Of a stretch of 27,241 bases of DNA, positions 8,401 to 17,300 are shown one piece after another. The position numbers and the translations under genes are program-made. The stretch is from a virus (taxonomy: Duplodnaviria; Caudoviricetes), in IMG/VR virus record IMGVR_UViG_3300042445_001207, positions 1 to 27,241 of that record; one strand, given 5' to 3'. The notes under the pieces were generated by a model. It saw only the letters and a program-made list of their open reading frames with translations, ran no database searches and had not been told where the DNA came from. Numbering within the stretch: position 1 is the stretch's first letter; each line of letters starts with the position of its first letter.

Positions 8401-8466
8401 CGACAAGCTGAAGTTTCGGCAGCAAAATCTAATTTAGAACAGGCTAAATCCGGCAAATACGAATAA
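5443..8466 (+). CDS. Baseplate hub protein (gp27/gp44/VgrG-hub-like) with terminal extensions, 1007 aa
   Basis: Position between gp53-like and gp5-like genes. Hub-type C-terminal motifs LKIIGDP and GLYRVMRVENEFRNGQFTQMLNLIR. Confidence 0.65.
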   Translation: MATQPETQDTAQRDIENTTSPAVIAGGSSALSTRGVNFLENNGIQNFPTSLKGKVEPPMELDFTLPPNPIILTTPTIETTAPRIYPDQVNINEVLPNVLHSYASYTYGLSLSLLTEIEYNLIQEKGEYKPNRVLIASAGRYNNIPGPTQFIRSPYFKEDFYFDGFKLDTVVGLNAESRSTNAIKYNFTLIEPYGFTLIDRIINLANSLEVSNYLDMPYLLQIDFFGMDDSGQITGVIPDTTKRIPIRILKLDVKITNRGAEYSIMGTPYNHSAFDLTTLSVPNIVEVEAKTVAQFFQSDVVQGDTTNTTGQREKGITTPDGVFQPLSNINQSLLSTQTRRQLGLFATSFGTALNNHQKALVIDGKIEYADKYFFNIDPDIALKKFVEGSFSTPKNAGMVIINSGSGLTKDNNTRKGDIGSDHSSYSLDSRLFTINPGTYIDQVISWVIRNSEYVTEQIVIPEDFVDKQDYIDKLAEKKNSPLKWFKVVPEIKLGPFDRIRKIFSREITYNIQKYEVRNLKIPLGPGGVAGRQKPPVKSYEYIYSGKNNDILDLDIQFNALYYTALTTYRSAAAKLAQPPDPSLAEQDGNPKGVQIGSVQDPNAIMPMVMKPQVADTRTITGGGAITPTQIAVSDLEASLLTLSQADMLHVHLKIIGDPSFIKQDDIFWTPRELAEFKEHLVNADPRLTPDGSLKMDGGEVYVNLTFRTPVDIDEDSGMMQFKNKDILGPTQTSLFSGLYRVMRVENEFRNGQFTQMLNLIRLPLQETPKSGERGNAVPGQRAILDNYNLGPDFGTSNPDIASTANSTTLEAEGAAQPAQSQVGPDGADPSLRTKEEQELAETRALAAEEPISVTTEPQSVPPGPAENTSPPVRLPDGVTQDPASGNYKYKGLVIPAEPGTDQFNRAVTAVDNKQTIQITQIDNVSGNPITRTFDGNYTQASVERAQNNVTFAEKELARFENKVRTDPEFQNLNAEQQTNLDVARARRQAEVSAAKSNLEQAKSGKYE

Positions 8467-8476
8467 GGAATAATCA

Positions 8477-10471
8477 ATGGCAATAGATCAAAGAGCAGGT
8501 ACTAAGGTAATAAAAAGTCTACGTAGGGAAGAAGCAGGCGGAGCTCGCGTTGATCCCTATCCTTATATCGGCATAGTTAAAAATAATCTAGATCCCACAC
8601 GCAGTGGTCGGTTACAGATCTACATACCAGATCTTGGTGGTGATGAAAAAGATCAGTTGAACTGGCGTACAGTCAGCTATGCTAGCCCATATATGGGATA
8701 CACCACGAATGATAAAATCTCTGATACTGCCAACGCATTTGAAAGTGTCAGCCATAGCTATGGCATGTGGATGATCCCACCAGATATAGGCGTGCAGGTC
8801 ATAGCATTATTCATAGCAGGTGACCCATTGCGAGGATATTGGGTGGCCTGTGTTAATCCAAATCTTAGCCATCACATGATACCAGCCATGGCCGGAAGTG
8901 CCAATGCTATAGGTAGTAAGGGTGTACCGACTCCTGTGGTTGAGTTCAATGAAAATGAAAAAGCAAATATTACCAATCCTGTTTTTTACAACTTACCAAA
9001 ACCAATCCACAAGATACAGGCTGAAATATTAAAGGTGCAAGGACTAGATCGAGATCCTATACGTGGAGCGATTGGTAGCACTAGTCAGCGAGAAACTCCT
9101 AGCGCGGTATTTGGTATCAGCACACCAGGAAGACCATTAAACGATCCAGCAGATGATTTAAATTACATAACTAAATTAAATTCAGATAAACTACCACCAG
9201 AATATTTTAAAGTTACTGGACGCAAAGGTGGTCATACATTTGTCATGGATGACGGTGCTACCTTAGGACAGGATAAGCTGGTGAGATTACGCACAGCTGG
9301 TGGACATCAGATCCTCATGCATGATAGTGCTAATACTTTATATATTGCACATGCCGACGGCACTAGCTGGATTGAATTAACCAGTGACGGTAGAGTTAAC
9401 GTCTACAGTCAAGGTGCATTCAGTGTCCGTAGCGAAAGCGATATCAATCTACACAGTGACAAAAATATTAACATCAATGCCGCAAATAATATTAATTTAA
9501 AAGCTGGTAATAAGATACAAGCAGAATCTGTCCGCACAACACTATTAACAGGTAGCCTAGGAGTTGAGGCCAGTGGTAATGCTGAATTTAAAACTGGAAG
9601 TCGTTTTAATGTAGAAACAGGCGCCAGTATGAGTCTTAAAGTAGGATCAACTTATGCTCTTGAAGCTAGCCAAATACTAAACAACAGTGGTGGTACTGTG
9701 GGGGTAGGTCAAATAAAAGGTTTTGTTATTGCTAACACAGATTTAAACACTATTGTCACGGTAGCACCAACACACGAACCATTTGATCGTGGTGTAACTC
9801 TTGCATTCTTTAACCCTGAAAATTCTAGTTCAGGTATTGAGCCACAAGCAACTTACACAGGCAATGTTGATGCAACTAAAAATCTAGCAGGCTCCGAAGT
9901 TAAATCACCAGCTGGAACAAAAGATCTACGTAATCAACCAGACCCTACTGGTACTGTGGGTAATCTAAGCAAAGATCAGATGACCGCGTATCTAGCACAG
10001 ATTGGTAAGAGTGAAAGTGGTGGAAATTATGATACAACTAATCAACTAGGCTACGTAGGCAAATATCAATTTGGATATCAGGCACTGATTGATCAAGGTT
10101 ATGTAAAATCGTCAGTGACCAGTAATGCACAACTAAGTAATCCTAACTCATGGACAGGTAAAGACGGAATCACTGATCGAAGTGCTTGGCTCAGCAACGG
10201 CAGTGTGCAAGAATCGGCTATGTTAACCTATACACAGACTAATTATACCCGCATGGTTTCCAATGGTGCAATTACAGCAGATATGCCACCAGAAGACGTT
10301 GGCGGAATGTTAGCGGCTAGTCATCTATTAGGTGCAGGCGGTGCAAATACATGGCGTAAAGGTGGCGGCGGTGCAGATGCCAATGGCACAACCGGCGACA
10401 CATACTTCCAAAAAGGTAAGTTTGCAGTCAGCGTACTAGCACCGCAAGTAGCCGCAGTTAAAGCAGGATAA
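8477..10471 (+). CDS. gp5: Baseplate central spike (gp5-like): OB-fold, beta-helix and C-terminal lysozyme-like domain, 664 aa
   Basis: GIVKNNLDPTRSGRLQIYIP...PPDIGVQV..LF..GD (gp5 OB fold), GGHTFVMDD/GHQILMHD and short beta-repeats, and C-terminal ESGGNY...GKYQFG...QE...AASHLLG (lysozyme-like superfamily). AAGGA SD upstream. Confidence 0.85.
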   Translation: MAIDQRAGTKVIKSLRREEAGGARVDPYPYIGIVKNNLDPTRSGRLQIYIPDLGGDEKDQLNWRTVSYASPYMGYTTNDKISDTANAFESVSHSYGMWMIPPDIGVQVIALFIAGDPLRGYWVACVNPNLSHHMIPAMAGSANAIGSKGVPTPVVEFNENEKANITNPVFYNLPKPIHKIQAEILKVQGLDRDPIRGAIGSTSQRETPSAVFGISTPGRPLNDPADDLNYITKLNSDKLPPEYFKVTGRKGGHTFVMDDGATLGQDKLVRLRTAGGHQILMHDSANTLYIAHADGTSWIELTSDGRVNVYSQGAFSVRSESDINLHSDKNININAANNINLKAGNKIQAESVRTTLLTGSLGVEASGNAEFKTGSRFNVETGASMSLKVGSTYALEASQILNNSGGTVGVGQIKGFVIANTDLNTIVTVAPTHEPFDRGVTLAFFNPENSSSGIEPQATYTGNVDATKNLAGSEVKSPAGTKDLRNQPDPTGTVGNLSKDQMTAYLAQIGKSESGGNYDTTNQLGYVGKYQFGYQALIDQGYVKSSVTSNAQLSNPNSWTGKDGITDRSAWLSNGSVQESAMLTYTQTNYTRMVSNGAITADMPPEDVGGMLAASHLLGAGGANTWRKGGGGADANGTTGDTYFQKGKFAVSVLAPQVAAVKAG

Positions 10472-10474
10472 ATA
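10446..10474 (+). promoter_or_regulatory. Putative late promoter for the gp25-like gene, overlapping the gp5 stop codon
   Basis: GATAAATA at 10467-10474 with AAGTAG at 10446-10451, 17 nt before TAAATA. The ATG follows 5 nt after the motif. Confidence 0.5.
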
Positions 10475-10479
10475 TCTAT

Positions 10480-10857
10480 ATGGCTATCATGTATCGTGGA
10501 TTTAGTACTATCGGGCGCAGTCGCAAGTATCGCCTAACGGATTTTGAGTTGGTAAAACAAGATCTAATCAATCATTTCTATATCCGCAAGGGTGAGAAGC
10601 TGATGAATCCTAATTTTGGCACTATCATATGGAACGTGGTCCATGAGCCTCTTACAGAAGATCTAAAAAGCGTCATAGTCACTGATATTAATAATATCGC
10701 CAGCTCAGACCCTCGCCTAAGCATAGATAACGTAGTAGTAACTGAATATTCACAAGGCATACAAGTAGAACTACAACTACGCTATGTTCAAACAAATCAG
10801 ACTAATTTGCTCAATCTACAGTTTGATAATCAAAACAATACTCTAACAGCAGCCTAA
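10480..10857 (+). CDS. gp25: Baseplate wedge/sheath-initiator protein (gp25/GpW family), 125 aa
   Basis: RKGEKLMNPNFGT...EP...DPR motif, size, and position between gp5 and gp6. Confidence 0.9.
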   Translation: MAIMYRGFSTIGRSRKYRLTDFELVKQDLINHFYIRKGEKLMNPNFGTIIWNVVHEPLTEDLKSVIVTDINNIASSDPRLSIDNVVVTEYSQGIQVELQLRYVQTNQTNLLNLQFDNQNNTLTAA

Positions 10858-10859
10858 TT

Positions 10860-10888
10860 AACTACACACTTTATTTTCCTGATAAATA
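10860..10888 (+). promoter_or_regulatory. Putative late promoter for gp6 and the giant ORF
   Basis: Intergenic AACTAC (10860-10865)-N17-TAAATA (10883-10888, in GATAAATA), followed by an AGGA SD at 10899-10902 and ATG at 10911. Confidence 0.72.
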
Positions 10889-10910
10889 GTATTATAACAG
10901 GAAAATATCG

Positions 10911-13900
10911 ATGGCGATTACCACAAGACAAAGCAGTTTACTAGTTGCTGAAGACTGGACTAAACTATATCAAACATTCCGTAATGCAGATTTCCAAAGC
11001 TATGACTACGAAACACTTCGTAAATCAATGGTTGATTATCTGCGTTTATATTATCCTGAAGACTTCAACGATTTCATTGAGTCCAGTGAATTTATCGCCC
11101 TAATTGATCTGATCGCTTTCTTAGGACAGAGCCTAGCTTTCCGCGGCGACTTAAATGCACGTGAAAACTTCATTGACACAGCACAACGTCGTGACAGTGT
11201 ACTTAAACTAGCACGCTTAATCAGCTATAATCCTAAACGTAATATTGCAGCCAGCGGGCTATTAAAAGTAGACAGTGTCAGTACCACCGAAACAGTTTTT
11301 GACAGCAATGGACTAAATCTATCTGGACTAGTGATCAACTGGGCAGATTCCGCTAATGATAACTGGGCTGAACAATTTATAGCTGTAGTCAATGCTAGCT
11401 TAAACAGCAATCAGGCAGTGGGAAAACCCAGCAACAGCCAGCTGGTTAATAATATCTTAACAGAAGAATATCAGATCAACTTAATTCCTAATCTCACAGC
11501 CACATTTGCTTTTAGCGCAACCATCGAAGGAAGCCAAGTGTCATTTGAGATCGTTAGTCCAACATCAGCAGGGCAAGCATACATATACGAAAACACACCA
11601 AGACCAAACAGCAGTTTTAACCTACTGTTTAGGACGGATAATCTTGGCAACAGCAGTAATAACACAGGATATTTCTTGTTTTTCAAACAAGGTGGTTTAC
11701 AGAGCATAGATATAAATTTCCAAGAAAGCTTACCTAATCGTGTGTATAGTCTAAATGTTGACAATATCAACAACACGGATATTTGGTTATTCAGCTTAGA
11801 TCAAAATGGTAACTACAGCACCCAATGGACCGCTGTGCCTAGTGTTGGCGCTACTAATATTATCTATAATAAAACAGTAAATAAAAATATCTATCAGGTT
11901 AACACACGTGCAGGTGACCAGATAGATATTATCTTTGGTGATGGTGCGTTTGCTAACATTCCGCAGGGTAGATTTAAACTATTTTATAGAGTCAGTAACG
12001 GATTGAGCTATAAGATATCTCCAGACGAATTGCGTGGAATCACCATCCCAATAAATTACGTCAGCCGCGGTGGACGTATAGAAACTATCAACATCCGTGC
12101 TAGTCTACAATACACAGTAACTAATGCTACTACACGTGAAACAATAGATGACGTACGACAAAAAGCACCACAGCAATATTACACGCAGGATCGTATGGTC
12201 ACGGGTGAAGACTACAATATCTTACCTTATACACTATTCAGCAGCATATTAAAAGTCAAAGCAGTGAACCGCACCAGCAGTGGCGTGAGCCGTTATCTAG
12301 ACGTTATCGATACCACAGGCAAATATAGTTCAACTAATATATTCTGTCAAGATGGTATACTATATCGTGATGATCCTATAAGTTCATTTAACTTTAGTTT
12401 TAACACAGTAAATGATATCTATAAGGTAATTAATAATCAAGTAAAACCTCTGACATCAACTAAGGAAATGCAACAGTTTTTCTATTCTAGCTATAATGCT
12501 GTTAATATACCCAATACCTTCTGGAATAAATCACTAGATGAAGCTGGTCTCACTGGATATTTTGTAGACAGCACGGATAATATCTTACAAGTTGGGCAAT
12601 TCGTAGCTGATAATAAAAGTTATATTAAACAAGGTTCTATCTTAAAATTCTCAGCTAATACAGGTTATTATTTTGATGCACGAAATACCATTCAATCAGG
12701 AACTCCTAGCGGTAGTGGAGACAAGTATTTTATCTATGCACAGATCGTGCAGGTACTTGCAGATGGTACTAATGGCGGTGAAGGCAATTTAGACAACGGT
12801 AGTGGGCCAATAACCCTTAATCAAGTAGTACCAACTGATGCACAGGCTGTGCGTGTATTTCCGGTATTTAACAATGAATTTTCTGCCGCTGTGATCACGG
12901 ACATAGTAGATTATGTACAAGCCTATAAAGATTTTGGCCTGCGTTATGATGTTGTTCAATCAGCATGGTCAATCATACTTCCAGAAAATCTAAACACAGG
13001 AGATTTCAGTTTAGGTAATGCTGGTAATACTAGTGCTAGTAGTCTTGACAGCAGTTGGCTGATACGTTTTCAAACTGTAGGTCGTACCTATACAGTCTAT
13101 TATCGAAAACTTGAATACATATTTGAAAGCCTACAAGAGACAAATTTTTACTTTGATAATCGCGTGAAGATCTTTGATCCAAGAACGGGATTCACGATCA
13201 AAGATCAGGTAAAAGTTTTAAAAGTTAATACTAATCCTGATGATACTAATTCGTTAGCATTAGATTACATATGGCACATTTATAATAACATAGTTGAAGT
13301 AGACGGTTATGCTAATCCTAACAAGATATTAGTAACTTTCCCTGACAGCAATGATGATGGAATTCCTGATAATCCTGAATTGTTTGAATTATTAGTTAAT
13401 CCTACTGTTAACACACAGAACAAATATGTTTATTTCCAAAATACATTTGGCTATGATAACTTCGTCATACTGACTCCAGTCAGCAATAGTCAAGTGGTTA
13501 GTATCTATAACACATTAGTTGCCGCACAGACAGCTGCAACATTATATCAGGATGGTCAACTGTTCTATATTATTCCGACTGATACTTTTTACCAATTGAC
13601 TGTAAGCGGAGCAACTTATACGCTGAATGTGGTTACTAATTATTCAGCTAAGATTGGACGACAGGATCTATATTTCCAATATAGACACAGCAGTCCTAAT
13701 AATCGCCGTATTGACCCAAGCCCAAACAATATAGTTGATCTATATATTTTAACCAAAACCTATGCTACAGACTATCTTGCATGGATCCAGGATACCACTA
13801 ATACGGTCCTACAACCATTAGCACCAACTCCTGAATTATTAGGAGTAGATTTTAACAATTTAGAAAAATATAAAGGTATCAGTGATACCATAATTTATAA

Positions 13901-14291
13901 TCCAGCTAAATTCAAACCTATATTTGGGGCCAAGGCAGAACCAGCATTAAGAGCTACATTTAAGGTAGTTAAAAATTCCAGCGTGATAGTCAGTGATAAC
14001 GATATCAAAACATCAGTTATAGCTGCGATTAACAGATATTTTGACATAGCTAATTGGGACTTTGGAGAAACTTTTTACTTCAGTGAATTGTCGGCGTATC
14101 TACACAGCGTTCTAGCACCTAATATCGCATCAGTGACTATTGTGCCAATCAGTGCTAGCGAAACATTTGGTAGTTTATTGCAAATCAACGCAGAATATAA
14201 CGAGATCATCGTCAGCGCCGCAACAGTTGATAATGTACAGATTATTAGTGCTATTACTGCCGCACAGTTAAACCAAACAGTAATAGCGTAA
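10911..14291 (+). CDS. gp6: Baseplate wedge subunit (T4 gp6-like, expanded), 1126 aa
   Basis: DYETLRKSMVDYL...FIDTAQRRDSVLKLARLISYNPKR, FGDG..ANIP, and RETIDDVRQKAP..YYTQDRMVTGEDY are gp6/baseplate-J family hallmarks. Confidence 0.9.
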   Translation: MAITTRQSSLLVAEDWTKLYQTFRNADFQSYDYETLRKSMVDYLRLYYPEDFNDFIESSEFIALIDLIAFLGQSLAFRGDLNARENFIDTAQRRDSVLKLARLISYNPKRNIAASGLLKVDSVSTTETVFDSNGLNLSGLVINWADSANDNWAEQFIAVVNASLNSNQAVGKPSNSQLVNNILTEEYQINLIPNLTATFAFSATIEGSQVSFEIVSPTSAGQAYIYENTPRPNSSFNLLFRTDNLGNSSNNTGYFLFFKQGGLQSIDINFQESLPNRVYSLNVDNINNTDIWLFSLDQNGNYSTQWTAVPSVGATNIIYNKTVNKNIYQVNTRAGDQIDIIFGDGAFANIPQGRFKLFYRVSNGLSYKISPDELRGITIPINYVSRGGRIETINIRASLQYTVTNATTRETIDDVRQKAPQQYYTQDRMVTGEDYNILPYTLFSSILKVKAVNRTSSGVSRYLDVIDTTGKYSSTNIFCQDGILYRDDPISSFNFSFNTVNDIYKVINNQVKPLTSTKEMQQFFYSSYNAVNIPNTFWNKSLDEAGLTGYFVDSTDNILQVGQFVADNKSYIKQGSILKFSANTGYYFDARNTIQSGTPSGSGDKYFIYAQIVQVLADGTNGGEGNLDNGSGPITLNQVVPTDAQAVRVFPVFNNEFSAAVITDIVDYVQAYKDFGLRYDVVQSAWSIILPENLNTGDFSLGNAGNTSASSLDSSWLIRFQTVGRTYTVYYRKLEYIFESLQETNFYFDNRVKIFDPRTGFTIKDQVKVLKVNTNPDDTNSLALDYIWHIYNNIVEVDGYANPNKILVTFPDSNDDGIPDNPELFELLVNPTVNTQNKYVYFQNTFGYDNFVILTPVSNSQVVSIYNTLVAAQTAATLYQDGQLFYIIPTDTFYQLTVSGATYTLNVVTNYSAKIGRQDLYFQYRHSSPNNRRIDPSPNNIVDLYILTKTYATDYLAWIQDTTNTVLQPLAPTPELLGVDFNNLEKYKGISDTIIYNPAKFKPIFGAKAEPALRATFKVVKNSSVIVSDNDIKTSVIAAINRYFDIANWDFGETFYFSELSAYLHSVLAPNIASVTIVPISASETFGSLLQINAEYNEIIVSAATVDNVQIISAITAAQLNQTVIA

Positions 14292-14323
14292 GTGATGAAT
14301 AATATTCAAGAGAAGAGATCATA

Positions 14324-17300
14324 ATGGCCGCAAGAAAAAGTATAAATTTACTACCGGGAGTCTTTAGGACTGAGGTTAATGAAAAGTTCCTAAGTGCTAC
14401 ACTAGATCAGTTAATTTCTGAACCATCACTGAAAAATCTCTACGGTTATATAGGACGTAAATTTGCACCAACTTTCGCCCAAGCTGATAGTTATATCACA
14501 GAAGATTCTGATCAGAGACAAAATTATCAACTAGAACCTGCTACGATAATAAAAGATTTAGATGGTAATACCACATTCTTTGCCAGCTATATCGATTTTC
14601 TTGACAAGATAAAATATTATGGTGGATTTGTCAATGATCACAGCCGCCTATTTTCTAGCGAATACTACAGCTTTGATCCTAAAATTAGTTATGATAAATT
14701 TGTAAATTTTGGACAATACTATTGGCTACCAAATGGTCCAGCTAGCGTACAGGTCAATACCTCCGGCGTTGAACTGGTCAAGACTTTCATAGTGACACGT
14801 AATGATGATACGAATAGTTATGATTTTACAAGTGATGGAGTAACTAATAATACCTTAATACTAGCACGTGGAGGTACGTATATTTTCACCGTTAATCAAT
14901 CCTCAAGATTTTACATACAAAGTGAACTTGGTATCGATGGCTTACTAAACGTGTCTCCAACTATCAGCAGTAGAGATGTCCTAGGTGTAACAAATAATGG
15001 TGCTACCAGTGGTAATATTATATTCAATGTACCTCAGAAAAATGCACAGGATAGATATCTAGCTATGACGCTAGTAGCATCAGTGGATTATGCAGTGCCC
15101 TTAGCATTTTCTAATATACAAAATAGATTGCTAGGGGATTTTGTCACTGACTATCCACAATACGCAGGTCTTACGGGATCACTAGATGGCAAAACAGTGA
15201 TTTTTGTTGATCAAAATCTGTTAACTAATTTTGGTGAAGAAGCCTGGACAGTGGCTGGTGAAGAAGACAGTGTATCTATAACCTATGATAAAGGTAGTGT
15301 GGTTCCTGACGCATTAAGATATGGCGTCTGGAAGATACAGCTTATTCCAACTGGCAGTGACTATTTAATAAATGCCTATCCATTTATTGCTGTTGCCATA
15401 GATCAAAAAGTATATATCCGATATGGATTAGTTAACGCTAATCAAGAATTCTATAAAGAATTTACAGGATTCTTTGAACGCATGCCGTTGATTACTGCTA
15501 CGGCAAATAATCTTGTGATCCAAGACAGTTTGAGAAGTGATATCTATACCAAGATTAAAATAGTCGATCCAAGCGGTTTTAATATTGATGTTGAAGATGA
15601 TATATTAGGTGAACTTAATTATACTAGTCCCAATGGTGTAGAATTTACCAGTGGATTAAAAATACAATTTGATACTGATGTTACTCCTGCGGCATATCAG
15701 GGTAATACCTACATCGTAGAAAACGTTGGTAATAGTATTAGATTAGTTGATATTGATCTATTAGTAAAGCCCGAACCATTTAATGATGAACTAGCGACTA
15801 ATTACCCCGTACAACAGATAGTATTAAGCCTCGCAACTAATGCTATAATTCCTGGTGGTACCGTGATCACAGTAGGAAGTTTTACCATCGAAACTAACAA
15901 GGAAACAGCGCTGGGGGCGATTAAAATCACCACGCTGAATTCTGTAGATGCTATCACTAAAGGTATGACAGTCACAGGTAACGGAATAACAAGTGGAACT
16001 ACTGTTTATGATGCATTTGCTGAAACAGTATTTCCTGACTATATCACTATCAAACGAGATGCATTAGACCTAAATGCTTGGTCTCGCAATAATTGTTGGT
16101 ATCATGTGGATGTGATCAAAGCTACCGCAGAATATAATAATGATGTGCTAATACTAGATCAGAGACTGCGTGCCCAGCGACCTATCGTGCAGTTTGAAGA
16201 TGATCTGCAATTATTCAATCATGGTCGCATTGGTAAACGATATATTGATATATTAGACACTAATATCACAGATGCTTTTAATCAACTCGAAGGACAATTA
16301 GTAGATGATGGTGGCACAATAACTTATGTTCCGCAACCTGCACCCAATCCAGCAGAGGTTTACTATGATGGTGTCTTGGTTGGTACAGCCGACACGGTTA
16401 ATTTTATAGGTGAAGGTGCGTTTGGAGTCACCCTATTTAATGGTATGCGTGTGCTGTTTGCTGAAGATGAAGATCCGTTGGTAAGAGATAAAATATATGT
16501 GTTAAATCTCGTGCAGTTTGAAGTTGATACGCTGGGTAGACCAACAGGAGCCAAACGTATTAAATTAACCATAGCAGACGATGGTGATGCAGCTGAGTGG
16601 GATTCTGTGGTTGTCAAATTAGGAGAATATAAAGGTAGTGCTTGGTGGTACAACGGAGTTAATTGGTTAGAAAGCCAACAAAAAACTGCACTACAACAAG
16701 ATCCATTATTTGATGTTTACGACAGTAATGGTGTGAGTTTATCTGATATTAATTATTATCCTCGCAGTACATTTGTCGGCACTAGAGTTTTTGGATATCA
16801 AAGAAATACATCAGGTGCAGATGATGCGGTATTAGGGTTTACATTGAGCTATAGGAGTTTCCAAAGTCAAGGCGATATCCTGTTCTCTAATTACTTTAAT
16901 ACTGATACATTTGAATATGTTGTTGATCAAGAGACTATCAATGAAAATATCAGCATAGGATTTCTACAATCTATCAATGATAGAACAACTACTGTTGCTA
17001 AAAATACCTGGCGCACAGTTATAGAACCTAGTCGCCAGTATCAATTAATAACGTTTGAATATGATGGAACTAATAGTCCATTTGTTTTAGACATTACCCC
17101 AAATGCACAAAATGTTCATGGTACAACAAATACTATTCCTTATGTTAAAGTTTATCAAAACAAAACATTTCTTAAACAAGATAAGTGGACATTAAGCACT
17201 GACGATAAACTAACACTGTTGACGACATTGGCTGTAGGCGATACTGTTGATGTAGAAATCTACAGTACAGAAATCAGCACTTTGGGACATTATGCAATTC

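Noticed and set aside
10891-10896. Minus-strand TATAAT next to the gp6 late promoter
   Set aside because: There is no -35-like hexamer at the right distance and no gene to drive, so it is likely chance in AT-rich DNA.
1148-11776. Short opposite-strand or alternate-frame ORFs nested in the main genes (e.g. 1148-1411, 3631-3951, 4132-4407, 7542-8045, 11471-11776)
   Set aside because: They are fully or almost fully overlapped by well-supported genes and lack family motifs.
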